Positions 39,899-49,702 of a stretch of 64,000 nt of DNA are shown piece after piece. The stretch spans positions 2,464,001-2,528,000 of the forward strand of contig CAXXWQ010000004.1 in the NCBI GenBank assembly GCA_963674945.2, given 5' to 3'. The notes below the pieces were generated by a model, which was not told where the DNA came from, did no database searches, and was given only the letters and a program-made list of their open reading frames with translations. The translations under genes and the position numbers were made by a program. The stretch's first letter is position 1. Every line of letters starts with the position of its first letter. This stretch comes from an uncultured Desulfosarcina sp. GTDB taxonomy: Bacteria > Desulfobacterota > Desulfobacteria > Desulfobacterales > Desulfosarcinaceae.

Positions 39899-40113
39899 GA
39901 CGGCTCTGCAAAAAGTCCGATATCTGCGTTACGCTTCATCCCTCGTCACTGCGGAGTACTATCTGTACGCTGCCTACGGCACCCGCGATAGCGGTATTCT
40001 CGGGATTGAACATAAATGTTCGCCGTAAGGATTAAAATCTTTTTTTTGTACGCTCGCTTGCGCTCGCTATCGCGGCCCGCAAGCCTTGATCTCGAAACTT
40101 TTACAAAGCCGTC
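39899..40113 (-). repeat. Palindromic element copy B with internal ~90-bp insertion
   Basis: Same termini and arms as copy A, but 215 bp long. Confidence 0.85.
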
Positions 40114-40249
40114 CAAAATCTTACTTTATGCGAATTCATCAATGTTTTTTTATTAAAACAATATCAAGACATCTTGCAGATATCCAATGGCTCTTTGCAG
40201 GTCAAGTAGATTTATTTTACCTGTTTCGACAAATCTGCACGTAAAGTGG

Positions 40250-40897
40250 TTATGTTGCCGCAAGAACATTTTGCATCCATTGGGCGAAACGCGCCTCGCC
40301 GGCCGGCCGGAGTCCGAACGCGTCACCGGCCGCAAACAGGGCGCCGATCATACCGTCGGCATACCCGCGGCTGAAGGTGAGAAGGAATCCACCGCTGCCA
40401 TCGACGGCACTTTCTATGATCGTGATCTGGCAGGGGATGCGGCAGAACGGACCCTGCAAAAGAAAGGGGGGCGATTTCTCCGGATCCATGAAATCGAGAT
40501 TGGTCAATTTTTCCGTGATTCGAAACACATTGGGACCGAAAAGGGCCAGAAACACGGTGGATTCGGAAACATCGGTATAACCGATGGCGTCCGGCAGGTC
40601 CGGTACCGACACGCCGAGATGATAGATGGCGGCCTGGGTGCGATTCATGCGGTTGATCAGGATGGCGTCGGTGAGGAGACATTCCCCCGGTTTCCGGGGA
40701 ACGTCCAGATCACAAAAAGTGAGATCATCGATGCGGCGATCCTGAAGATCCCATCGGACTTTGTGGGCAAGATCCGCCAGCCACGGCCCCTCTCCCTCAT
40801 CTTCGTATTCCAGTACTACCGTCCAGTTGTCTCTCTCTTCCGATTCTCGCGGGCTGACATCGAACTGTACCGGTGATTCTCTTTTTAATTTGATCAT
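40250..40897 (-). CDS. soxG: Sarcosine oxidase gamma-like subunit
   Basis: Lies after the alpha subunit. LADLAH, TDVSES, LALFGP and RGYAD are GcvT/SoxG-like segments. Confidence 0.7.
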   Translation of the reverse strand: MIKLKRESPVQFDVSPRESEERDNWTVVLEYEDEGEGPWLADLAHKVRWDLQDRRIDDLTFCDLDVPRKPGECLLTDAILINRMNRTQAAIYHLGVSVPDLPDAIGYTDVSESTVFLALFGPNVFRITEKLTNLDFMDPEKSPPFLLQGPFCRIPCQITIIESAVDGSGGFLLTFSRGYADGMIGALFAAGDAFGLRPAGEARFAQWMQNVLAAT

Positions 40898-40968
40898 GAC
40901 GTATACCTTATATATTATCAATGGGATATAGATTCATCACTATTCCAAAAGGCCAAGTAATTTAAAAT

Positions 40969-41050
40969 AGTTTTAAGTGTTAAGCGGCGGATCGGGTCTA
41001 TTTTAAGATAGAATACCTTCCCTTAACACTTAAAACTTTAAACTTAACAC
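40969..41050. repeat. Heptamer-based 16-bp inverted repeat
   Basis: AGTTTTAAGTGTTAAG at 40969-40984 and CTTAACACTTAAAACT at 41022-41037. The right arm continues as CTTAACA-like 7-mers. Confidence 0.7.
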
Positions 41051-41102
41051 TCATCCATACTATTTCACAAAATGATAAAAGTACTCAACATCCATTGATT
41101 GT

Positions 41103-44015
41103 TCAGGCTTTCATGCGATCTCCTTCCGGATCATAAAACGGCATCTTCACAACCCGGGCAGGCAATCGAACGCCGTCACATTCATCTTCGAAAATTTCCA
41201 GCCGGGTGTCCATGTTGGCGAGCTGCGATTCCACCAGGGCCATGCCGACGGCCTGGCCGGTGGACGGGCTCTTTCGCATGGTGGCCACGTATCCGCGAAC
41301 CCGGTCGTCGACGATCAGGCTGCCGTCGCGGGCCGGGCGTGTGTCGTCTTCCATGCGGATACCCACCAGGGTCAGACGACCGGTATCAGCCTCGGCCTGG
41401 CGCAGGGCTACGGCGCCGACGGTACGGGCCTCCGTCTTCGCCCGATCCCAGAGAAAGCCCAAGCCAAGGTCCAGCAGGTTGGTTCGCTGTTCCGACTCCT
41501 GGCCCAGAATGATGTGTCCCTTTTCCATGCGGAGCACGTTCTGGGCCTCCACACCGAAATTGCGGATGCCCAATTCACTGCCGGCCGTCTTGAGCATGTC
41601 CCACACGGCCTTCGTATAGGAGGCGGGCACGTGAAGCTCGTAGGAAAGTTCGCCCACGAATCCCAGGCGCATGGCACGGACGAAGACGGTGTCTTTAATG
41701 AGAAACTCCCTGTATCCGGCAAAGGGGAACGTTTCGTTGGAAAGATCCACGTCCACCACTTTTTCCAGCACCTTTCGGGAATTGGGGCCGGACAGGTTAA
41801 TTACCCCCATGGCGTCGGTGAGGTTGACCAGGTGATAATCCCAGCCATCGTAGCGGGTGTGGTAGCGGATCCACTCCACGGTCTGTCCGGCACGGCCGGT
41901 GGAAGTGGTGAAGTAGTAGTCGTCTTCTCCTTTTTTGACAATAACGCCATCGTCGATGACGCATCCGTCGTCGTTGCACATGGCCGAGTACTTGATGCGG
42001 CCTGCTTTGACCTTGGACATGTCGGACACGTAGACCCGCTGCAGGGCCTTTTCAGCATCCGGACCGAAGATGCGAAACTTTCCCAGCGTGGAAGCATCCA
42101 GCATGCCCACGTTGTTTCTGACGTTCAGAATCTCTTCCTCACAGGAGAAATCATCGGAGAAGTATCGCGCCCGTTGCCAGACGCCGATGTTGCGAAAGAT
42201 ACCGCCATCGGCCTTTTGGCAGCGGTGAAGGGGGGTACGCTTGAACATGTGGCGGTTGTACCCGGCGTAGGTTGAGATGAGTGCGGGCGCAAGCGGCGGA
42301 CGCACCGTCGTGGGCCGGGGCGTTTTCTCCGACACCGTGTACTGGGCCACCAGCAGGGGCAGGTTGTGGCCGGGTATGCCTCCCTGTCCGGGACCAAGCC
42401 CCACGCCGGCGAAACGCTTGACCAGCTCGGGAACGTCGAAGCCCTGATCCATGGCCTGCTTCACCGACTTTACCGTGGCGTCCTCGTCGAAGCAGATGAA
42501 ACTCTTTCGTCCCTTGACCGGGGCGAAGACCAGTTTCGATCCGCGCTGGGGTCCGGGTAGCGCCTGTACCACCGCCGCTGCATCGTTCCGGTCCAAGGAT
42601 GTACCGCCGGCGGCGATCGCCGCATCCAGGCCGGCAAGACGACCGGAAGCCTCAATGGCGTCGGGGTTGTTGATGCCGAGGACGCGGCCCGCGGCAAACA
42701 TCGTTTCCGGAAGTATTTTGGGCAGAAAGGTGCCGGTGTGCTCGTCGTAGCCCATCTTTGCCTGTGCCAGGACAAAAGGACCCGTCACCGGCGTAAGGCC
42801 GGCGGAAGCGACCAGGAGATCGCAGGAGAAACGACGATGGATCATTCCGTTTGTCGTGGAGACGGTGACCGCTTTTACTCCTTTGGATCCGTGGGCCGTC
42901 GTTGCCACCCACCCTTTCATTACCGGAATATTTCGCTCGGCCAGGGCCAGAACGAGATCCGGATGCTGGCCATCTTCGCGTATATCGGCCACGCAGTGAA
43001 TGGTAAGGCCCAGATCGGACAGATTCACGGCCGCCTCCAGCCCCAGATCGTGGCCCACGGAAAAAACCGCTTCGCTTCCCGGCAAAATGCCGTATGTGTG
43101 CGCCAGGCGATGGGCGCACCCCACCTGCATGACGCCGGGGCGCTCGTTGTTATCGAAAATCAGCGGTCGTTCCATGCAACCGGTGGCCACCACCACGCTT
43201 TTGGATCGAATCTCCACGTAGCGTTCGGTGAAGTCATCGTCTGCGCCGCCGACCTGGAAGGCGGTGATCAGATTGTTGCTGTAAACCCCGACCATGGAAG
43301 TGTGGGGAAACAGGCGAATGTTGGCTGTATGGGCCACAAACCGGGCCAGTTCCCGGGACCGTTCATGAAGCGGCGTTCCCCGGCCGTTGGTGGTTGTCCG
43401 GTAATCGAAGCAGCCGCCCAGTTGGGGACGCGCCTCCAGCAGAACCACCCGCATACCGGATTCGGCGGCGGCCAGCGCCGCGGCCATTCCGGCAGCGCCG
43501 CCACCAATTACGGTGACCTCGGCGTTACCGTAGCATTCATCGTATCGGCCCTCGATGTTATGATCGGGCGAGATCGCACCCAGCCCGGCGGCCTTGCGGA
43601 TCCGCTTCATGGCAATGGGCCAGATGGCGGCCGGTTTATGCAACGCCTTGTAGTAAAATCCGGCCGGCATCAGCCAGTCCAGCCTGTCCAGAAACCCCAT
43701 CCAGTCCCAGTTGGCCGAGCCGACGACGTTTTGCGTTTCCACCACCATGCCGTCTGTAAGAAGGGTTTTTTCCGTTGGCACGTTGACGCTTCCGTCGACC
43801 CGCATCAGCGTGTTGGCGCACTCACCGTCGAGGCTGTATAGTCCTCGGGGGCGGTGGTACTTGAGACTGCGGGAGAAGATTCTGACACCATTTGAAAAAA
43901 GGGCCGATGCGATCGTGTCGCCGGCAACCCCGTGCAGCGTCTTTCCCCGGTATTGCAAGGCGCGTTCTTCTTTCGGATCGATGCGCAGGGTGGGCAGTCC
44001 ACTGAGCCTGTTCAT
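41103..44015 (-). CDS. soxA: Sarcosine oxidase alpha subunit (NAD-binding + GcvT domain)
   Basis: GDTIASAL, FSRSLKYHRPRG, IGGGAAG, NNERPGVM, GLGPGQG, PTTVRPP, LDASTLGK and GFVGELSYE motifs. Confidence 0.93.
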   Translation of the reverse strand: MNRLSGLPTLRIDPKEERALQYRGKTLHGVAGDTIASALFSNGVRIFSRSLKYHRPRGLYSLDGECANTLMRVDGSVNVPTEKTLLTDGMVVETQNVVGSANWDWMGFLDRLDWLMPAGFYYKALHKPAAIWPIAMKRIRKAAGLGAISPDHNIEGRYDECYGNAEVTVIGGGAAGMAAALAAAESGMRVVLLEARPQLGGCFDYRTTTNGRGTPLHERSRELARFVAHTANIRLFPHTSMVGVYSNNLITAFQVGGADDDFTERYVEIRSKSVVVATGCMERPLIFDNNERPGVMQVGCAHRLAHTYGILPGSEAVFSVGHDLGLEAAVNLSDLGLTIHCVADIREDGQHPDLVLALAERNIPVMKGWVATTAHGSKGVKAVTVSTTNGMIHRRFSCDLLVASAGLTPVTGPFVLAQAKMGYDEHTGTFLPKILPETMFAAGRVLGINNPDAIEASGRLAGLDAAIAAGGTSLDRNDAAAVVQALPGPQRGSKLVFAPVKGRKSFICFDEDATVKSVKQAMDQGFDVPELVKRFAGVGLGPGQGGIPGHNLPLLVAQYTVSEKTPRPTTVRPPLAPALISTYAGYNRHMFKRTPLHRCQKADGGIFRNIGVWQRARYFSDDFSCEEEILNVRNNVGMLDASTLGKFRIFGPDAEKALQRVYVSDMSKVKAGRIKYSAMCNDDGCVIDDGVIVKKGEDDYYFTTSTGRAGQTVEWIRYHTRYDGWDYHLVNLTDAMGVINLSGPNSRKVLEKVVDVDLSNETFPFAGYREFLIKDTVFVRAMRLGFVGELSYELHVPASYTKAVWDMLKTAGSELGIRNFGVEAQNVLRMEKGHIILGQESEQRTNLLDLGLGFLWDRAKTEARTVGAVALRQAEADTGRLTLVGIRMEDDTRPARDGSLIVDDRVRGYVATMRKSPSTGQAVGMALVESQLANMDTRLEIFEDECDGVRLPARVVKMPFYDPEGDRMKA

Positions 44016-44266
44016 TCGCTTGTCTCCTGTACTTCTAAATTATTGGTGGTGTTCCGCAAGGTTGTAAACCAGGAACCGCAGCCATCACGGTGAAACCACC
44101 ATTCTTTTTGCACCCCGGTCGTACATTGGTTCATATGCACGTATTCGCACCATTTCTCTGGTGTCAGGCCCTCTTCTGCCGGCCTCGGTCCCTTGTCTTC
44201 TCCCCCATACCGAAACTCGTATCCGTTTCGTTTACCGCAGATGGGACAGGTGAGTGTTAAAGCCAT
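44012..44266 (-). CDS. soxD: Sarcosine oxidase delta subunit
   Basis: CPICGKR..EFRYGG and EWWFHRDGC (Cys3His zinc site). Confidence 0.92.
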   Translation of the reverse strand: MALTLTCPICGKRNGYEFRYGGEDKGPRPAEEGLTPEKWCEYVHMNQCTTGVQKEWWFHRDGCGSWFTTLRNTTNNLEVQETSE

Positions 44267-44288
44267 GTCTTTCTCCTATCAATGTCCA

Positions 44289-45512
44289 TTAGTTATCCGG
44301 TGAGTAGTTTACCAAGGCTGCCGTCTCTCCCATCAACCGGTGATTTTCGTACCGCCGTAGGGAAAATGGTCTGAGCATCTCCGGACAACTTCCCGTCGCC
44401 ATGTATTCGGCCATGTATTTTCCCACAGCACTGCACGACTTGAAGCCGAAGTAGCCCCAGCCGCAGTCCATGAAAAAACCGTCGATGGGATCATTGCCGT
44501 CCATGATGGGAGCCATGTCCGGTGTCATGTCGGCCAATCCGCCCCACGTGCGCATGAACTTCACGCCACGCAGGCAGGGAAGCCAGTCCGAAAGCGCTTC
44601 GGCCTGATGTTTGATGTAAAAGGCCGTGGTCTGGGTCGTATAGTTGGGCCAAGGATCCATGTGGGCGCCGGTAGCGATCTCCCCTTTGAGCGTCTGGTTG
44701 GCATAGCAGTGATATGCGCCGGAGGAGACCACATGGTGGAGGATCGGCTTTAGTGGCTGGGTGACCATGGCCTGGATGGTCAGCACGCTGATGGGAAGTG
44801 AAATGCCCAGCATGTGATGGATGATACCGGCGCTGTAGCCCCCGGCGGTGACCAGCACCCGTTTGGTGTGAATCCGGCCTCGGGTGGTATCTACTCCGGT
44901 GATTTTGCCCCCCTGGGTGAATATGGCCGTGGCCTCGGTTTGCTGGTGGATATGAACTCCCAGCCTGGCCGCCCCCTTGGCGAGCCCCCAGACCACTGCA
45001 TCGTGGCGGACGATTCCGCCGGGCGGATGATACATGGCCCCGTGGATGGGAAAGGCGATATCTTCTCCGATGTTCAGGGCCGGCACCAGATCTTTGGCCT
45101 GTTTGGCGTCGATGAGATGACTCTCTACCCCGTGGAACTGGGCCGTGGCCACGTTCATGCGGGCCGCCTTCATGGCCGCTTCACTGTGCATGAGGTTCAG
45201 GTTGCCGCAGTTGTTGAACATGAGATTGAAGTTCAACTCGCGAGTGAGCACCGGCCAAAGGTCCAGCGCCTCTTTGTAAAGGGGCACGTTTTCCTGGGTT
45301 CGCTGGTTGGCCCGGACGATGGCGGTATTTCGTCCTGCACCGCCGAAACCGATGTACCGTTTTTCCAGGATGGCGACGTCGGTCAGCCCGTGTTCCTTTG
45401 CCAGGAAATAGGCCGTGGCCAGACCATGCAGGCCGCCGCCGATGATGACGGCATCGTAACTGGCTTTAAGGGGTTTTTTCTTTCCCCACAAAAGTTTGCG
45501 TTTGAAAAGCAT
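44289..45512 (-). CDS. soxB: Sarcosine oxidase beta subunit (FAD)
   Basis: IIGGGLHGLATAYFLA, GRNTAIVRAN, VRHDAVVWG, DMTPDMAPI and GWGYFGFK motifs. Confidence 0.93.
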   Translation of the reverse strand: MLFKRKLLWGKKKPLKASYDAVIIGGGLHGLATAYFLAKEHGLTDVAILEKRYIGFGGAGRNTAIVRANQRTQENVPLYKEALDLWPVLTRELNFNLMFNNCGNLNLMHSEAAMKAARMNVATAQFHGVESHLIDAKQAKDLVPALNIGEDIAFPIHGAMYHPPGGIVRHDAVVWGLAKGAARLGVHIHQQTEATAIFTQGGKITGVDTTRGRIHTKRVLVTAGGYSAGIIHHMLGISLPISVLTIQAMVTQPLKPILHHVVSSGAYHCYANQTLKGEIATGAHMDPWPNYTTQTTAFYIKHQAEALSDWLPCLRGVKFMRTWGGLADMTPDMAPIMDGNDPIDGFFMDCGWGYFGFKSCSAVGKYMAEYMATGSCPEMLRPFSLRRYENHRLMGETAALVNYSPDN

Positions 45513-45842
45513 AGTACCACCTTATCTGATGATGTGTTGAAAACCCGGTCCTCTGAGCCGGGTCAGCGTTTATCGGTTCTGCCGTATCATTGTTAGAAGA
45601 ATCCAGGAGTCAGAATTCAGCGCCGCCGCCGGCTTTCAACCGGTTTGAACTAAAACCTGACTTCGGGAAAATGAAGTCAGATACGAGAATGAGGTATTCG
45701 CCTTCGGCTCTATCCATTTCATCCAATCGATGGAGCAAAGCGATATCCGATTTATTCTGGCTCCTTTTGTCTTACGTGATCAGAGCGCATCCTTCCTCCC
45801 AGGCGGAATCCAAAACGGAACCCTCTGGATCCGGATATTTTT

Positions 45843-45922
45843 GATGAAGTGTAACACCGATATCGGACTTCTAAGGAACTCGTTCATTCTTCCAATTAAT
45901 AGGGACTTTTTACAAAGCCGTC
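45843..45922 (+). repeat. Partial/degenerate copy E of the 124-bp element
   Basis: GATGAAGTGTAACACCGATATCGGACTT followed by a second end, GGACTTTTTACAAAGCCGTC. Confidence 0.65.
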
Positions 45923-45925
45923 ATT

Positions 45926-46729
45926 TCAGTCCACCTCCACCTCCATACTCTTCATCACCTCCGCCTGTACGCTGTCCCATATGGTTCGTTTGAGTTCCAT
46001 GTATCGATTGGAAAGCTGGACGTCGGCGTTTCTCGGATGGGGAAGATCGTTGACAATCTCCTGGGCGATCCGCCCGGGTCTTGCCGTCATGACCATGATT
46101 CTCGATGACAACAAAAGTGCTTCATCGATGGAGTGAGTGATGAAAAGAATCGTTTTGCGATGCTTTTCATAGATTCGCACGAGTTGTTCCTGAAGCACCT
46201 GACGCGTCATGGCATCCAGGGCGGCAAAGGGTTCGTCGAGGAGCATCACTTTGGGATTGTTGGCCATGCTGCGGGCGATGGACACCCGCTGTTTCATGCC
46301 GCCTGATAAATGGTGCGGATAGCTTTTCTCAAATCCCTTCAGTCCCACCATGTCGATGAACCTGGCGGCTCGTTCCACTCGCTGCTCTTTCGGCATGCGC
46401 TTCATTTTCATGCCGAATTCCACGTTTTCTTGAACCGTCTTCCACGGAAAGAGAGCATACTGTTGAAAAATCATACCGCACTCGGGCGTGATACCGGTTA
46501 CCGGCTCCCCGTCCAGGAAGATCGCGCCGTGGGTCGGGCGTTCGAAACCGGCCACCAGATTCAGCAGGGTCGTCTTTCCGCATCCCGAAGCGCCGACGAT
46601 GACCAGAAACTCTCCCTCCTGGACATCCATGGACAGGTCCTGTAGTGCGGTCACCTCGCCCCGTTTTCCGGAAAACGTTTTCGTAACCTCCTTGATGGAA
46701 ATTTTGTTTTCACGGGTTACCGGGTCCAT
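45926..46729 (-). CDS. NitT/TauT-type ABC ATP-binding protein
   Basis: GASGCGKTT, LSGGMKQRV and LLDEPFAALD motifs. Confidence 0.93.
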   Translation of the reverse strand: MDPVTRENKISIKEVTKTFSGKRGEVTALQDLSMDVQEGEFLVIVGASGCGKTTLLNLVAGFERPTHGAIFLDGEPVTGITPECGMIFQQYALFPWKTVQENVEFGMKMKRMPKEQRVERAARFIDMVGLKGFEKSYPHHLSGGMKQRVSIARSMANNPKVMLLDEPFAALDAMTRQVLQEQLVRIYEKHRKTILFITHSIDEALLLSSRIMVMTARPGRIAQEIVNDLPHPRNADVQLSNRYMELKRTIWDSVQAEVMKSMEVEVD

Positions 46730-47478
46730 GGAAGCAGCCTCTTCTCGAACTTGCGGAACACCAGGTCGATGACCATGACAGTAATGCTGATCATCACCAT
46801 GCCCAACAGGACGGTATCTGTCTGAAAGTACTCCTTTCCGTTCATGATCATAAAGCCAAGTCCCTCCCTGGCGGCAACGAGTTCGGCGGAAATGATACAG
46901 GTCCAGGCGATGCCGAGCATCACCTTCAGGCCGGCGATGATCTGCGGCAGCGCCCCCGGCAGGATCACCTCCCGCATTACATCCAGCTTTGAAGCACCAA
47001 GATTTCTTGCCGCCCGGATGAGAAGTGGATCGATGCTTTTGGTCGCCTCGATGATATACAAGAGCGAAGGAGCAAAGGAACCCATGAAGACGATGGAGTA
47101 CTTCTGGGTTTCGGTGATGCCCAGCCAAAGCAGGGACAAAGGAATCCAACTCATGGACGGTAAGGGACGAAGAAGGGAGATGAGGGGGTCGAACACCGCC
47201 ATGAAGAAACGGGACGATCCGAGAAAAATACCGAAGGGGATCGCCACCATGCTCGAAACGGCGAATCCGACCATAACCCGCCGGGTGGAGGCCAATGTAT
47301 GAACCACGAGTTGGCCGTTATCTATTAGTTTCAATGCACGCGCGAAGATTTTGGAGGGCGCCGGTAAAAACAGTGGCTCGATGAATCCCAGGCGGCAGAA
47401 AAGCTCCCACGCGGTGATGAACAGAAACAGGGAAACGACGCTGATGGTTACTGATTTGGCAGTACTGTCGACTTTCAT
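46717..47478 (-). CDS. NitT/TauT-type ABC permease
   Basis: FLPAPS, LRPLPSMSWIP, AARNLGA and ISAELVAAREGLG motifs. Confidence 0.93.
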   Translation of the reverse strand: MKVDSTAKSVTISVVSLFLFITAWELFCRLGFIEPLFLPAPSKIFARALKLIDNGQLVVHTLASTRRVMVGFAVSSMVAIPFGIFLGSSRFFMAVFDPLISLLRPLPSMSWIPLSLLWLGITETQKYSIVFMGSFAPSLLYIIEATKSIDPLLIRAARNLGASKLDVMREVILPGALPQIIAGLKVMLGIAWTCIISAELVAAREGLGFMIMNGKEYFQTDTVLLGMVMISITVMVIDLVFRKFEKRLLPWTR

Positions 47479-47489
47479 ATGCTAACCTT

Positions 47490-47613
47490 GACGGCTTCGT
47501 AAAAAGTCCGATATCGGCGTTACGCTTCACCCCTCGTCACCGGGGAGTACTCTATTCGCGCCTCATTCCTCGGGGCTCGCAAGCCTTGATCTCGGACTTT
47601 TTACGAAACCGTC
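47490..47613 (-). repeat. 124-bp palindromic element, copy C
   Basis: Homologous to copy A. Ends 11 bp before the permease ATG. Confidence 0.9.
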
Positions 47614-47689
47614 CGAAATCCGACTTTTAACGAGTTAATCAACACTTATTTGAGAAGTTTTTCACAAAACGTTTAGACCCGATGGGACG

Positions 47690-48694
47690 TTACGGCACCA
47701 TCGTTTTTACGATCCATTTCTTCACGTCGGGCGCGGCATCGATTTGCTGATGCTTGACCAAAAATTTTGCCAGTTGTTGCATGCCTGTGACAAAATCGCC
47801 GGGGTCAACCATCAGGGCCTTTTGTTCGCTGCCTTTGATCCAGGTAATATCCTTGAGCACCGCCATCTGGTCTGCCATGTCCAGGTTGGTCAGTTTTACC
47901 AGCTCCTCGGCGCACGCTTCGGGCTGCTCGATCAGCATGTCCACGGCTTCGAAATACCCTTTGACAAACGCCTTGCAGGTTTTCGGATACTTTTCGGCAA
48001 ACTCTGTGCGGACCACCAAAAGATCCGGACCCGGCCCGAGTTTATACTTTTTGAAGAGACTGAATTCGGTATCATTCACCAGAAGGTGGTTGCCCGGCAT
48101 GTTGAGTAATTTGTTGAAATGGGGTGTCCATGCAGCGCATGCATCGATCTCCCCGGAACCCATGGCCGCAGGCATTTCGTTGACTTTCAGATTGATCAGG
48201 GTAAGGTCCTTCTCCGGGTCCAGGCCATTTTGCTCCAATATATCCAGCACCAGAACGTGGGCGCTGGACGCAAACGGGGCTGCGAGCCGTTTCCCCTTGA
48301 GATCCGCGATCTTCTTTATGCCTTTTTTCGCGATGATTCCCTCCACGGTGGCATAGGAGTCCTGGGTGCCGAAGGCCATGAACCCCTTGCTTCCGGACGC
48401 CATCAGCGCAATGGCGGAAATGCTGCCCGTCGAAGCCACGTCCAGGTCTCCGGCCACCAATGAGCCCATGCGGCCGGAAGAGGCATAAAAATTTTGGAAC
48501 AATACGCCAAGGCCATACTTCTTGAACAGGCCCTTCTGGATGCCGACCCAGGCCGGGTAATGCCCGAGCCACGAAGATCCCCCATAAATCACGGTCACCT
48601 TCTCGGGTTTCTCATCGGCACCTGCCCAAACAGCACCGACGACCAGAATAAAGACGACTGTCAGAACAAATGTTTTTTTCCAGATCTTCGTCAT
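47690..48694 (-). CDS. NitT/TauT-type ABC substrate-binding protein
   Basis: Signal peptide, KKGIKKIADLKGKRLA and SGEIDACAAWTP motifs. Confidence 0.9.
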   Translation of the reverse strand: MTKIWKKTFVLTVVFILVVGAVWAGADEKPEKVTVIYGGSSWLGHYPAWVGIQKGLFKKYGLGVLFQNFYASSGRMGSLVAGDLDVASTGSISAIALMASGSKGFMAFGTQDSYATVEGIIAKKGIKKIADLKGKRLAAPFASSAHVLVLDILEQNGLDPEKDLTLINLKVNEMPAAMGSGEIDACAAWTPHFNKLLNMPGNHLLVNDTEFSLFKKYKLGPGPDLLVVRTEFAEKYPKTCKAFVKGYFEAVDMLIEQPEACAEELVKLTNLDMADQMAVLKDITWIKGSEQKALMVDPGDFVTGMQQLAKFLVKHQQIDAAPDVKKWIVKTMVP

Positions 48695-48769
48695 TCTCTT
48701 TTCCTCCTTTCGAAGTTTGTCGTCAAAATAACGGATCACTTTTCTTCCTTCGGACAAGAGCCAAACCAT

Positions 48770-49702
48770 TCACCGCATTGGCTCGTCCGATGTATTCAAT
48801 TCCGGGTGCTTTCTATACAAGATCCGTCCCAATTCCCGATGGGTGAAGTACGGGTCATCATTGCGAAGGTAAGGCAAAAGAATGCGTTTTTTTCGGATGA
48901 TATCCCTCGATAACGTCGCAAACAAGGCGTCCGGTTCGTAGAGCTTGGCCGTGGCGATGGGTTGGCCGAAGGGGTTGATGATTTCGCTTCCCCCCCAGAA
49001 ACGAAATGGATTGTCGTCCACGGTGGCCGGATCGGCAACCTTCTGGTCGTCGTCGGACCGCATGTCCTCGAACATTTCGCACCCCACCCGGTTGGCGCAA
49101 AGATTGTAAACACCGAATATTCGCGAGTAGAAGCGGTTGATGATGCTCCAGCTTTCGATGTTGGAGAACTCATCGCCCATGGATCCCCGTGAGGAATTGA
49201 AAATGGTGATGAAGATGTCGGCCTTCTGCGTAACCCCCAGATACGGCAACGCGGGATGCCACAGATCGTTGCAGATGAACGGGGCGATGGTCAACCCCTT
49301 GTAGCAGAACACGCGGATGTGCTTTCCTCCGGAGAAAATCTTGCGCTCTTCGAACACGCCGTAATTGGGAAGGTTAAGTTTTCGATAGGCGAACAGGGCC
49401 TCTCCGTCCACGGCCACCAGGGCGGAGTTATAAAAATTCAACGCATGGGATTCTTCGATAAACCCCACCACGGCGGCCGTTCCACGGGTCGCCTCTGTCA
49501 GGCGTTTGATTTCCGGGCTATCCATGCGAAGTGCCGCTTCGTGGTAGCGCTCCCTCACAAAATAGCCGGTCAGGGAAAGTTCGGGAAAAACGACCAGGTC
49601 CGCACCCTGGGCCTTGGCCGCCGCGATATTGGCAATGGTCTGCTCCAGGTTGGATTTGATGTCCAGCAGCGTCGGATCGGTCTGATAGATACATACTTTC
49701 AT
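48770..49702 (-). CDS. Carbon-nitrogen hydrolase (nitrilase superfamily)
   Basis: Catalytic E-K-C in FPELSLTGY, YRKLNLPNY and ICNDLW. ATGA coupling to the upstream gene. Confidence 0.9.
   Translation of the reverse strand: MKVCIYQTDPTLLDIKSNLEQTIANIAAAKAQGADLVVFPELSLTGYFVRERYHEAALRMDSPEIKRLTEATRGTAAVVGFIEESHALNFYNSALVAVDGEALFAYRKLNLPNYGVFEERKIFSGGKHIRVFCYKGLTIAPFICNDLWHPALPYLGVTQKADIFITIFNSSRGSMGDEFSNIESWSIINRFYSRIFGVYNLCANRVGCEMFEDMRSDDDQKVADPATVDDNPFRFWGGSEIINPFGQPIATAKLYEPDALFATLSRDIIRKKRILLPYLRNDDPYFTHRELGRILYRKHPELNTSDEPMR

Noticed and set aside
45513..45840. Glycine riboswitch upstream of soxB (GCCGAAGGCG on the minus strand)
   Set aside because: The other conserved elements (GGAGA, CTCTCAGG) are not found. 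The motif fits the local repeat hairpins better.
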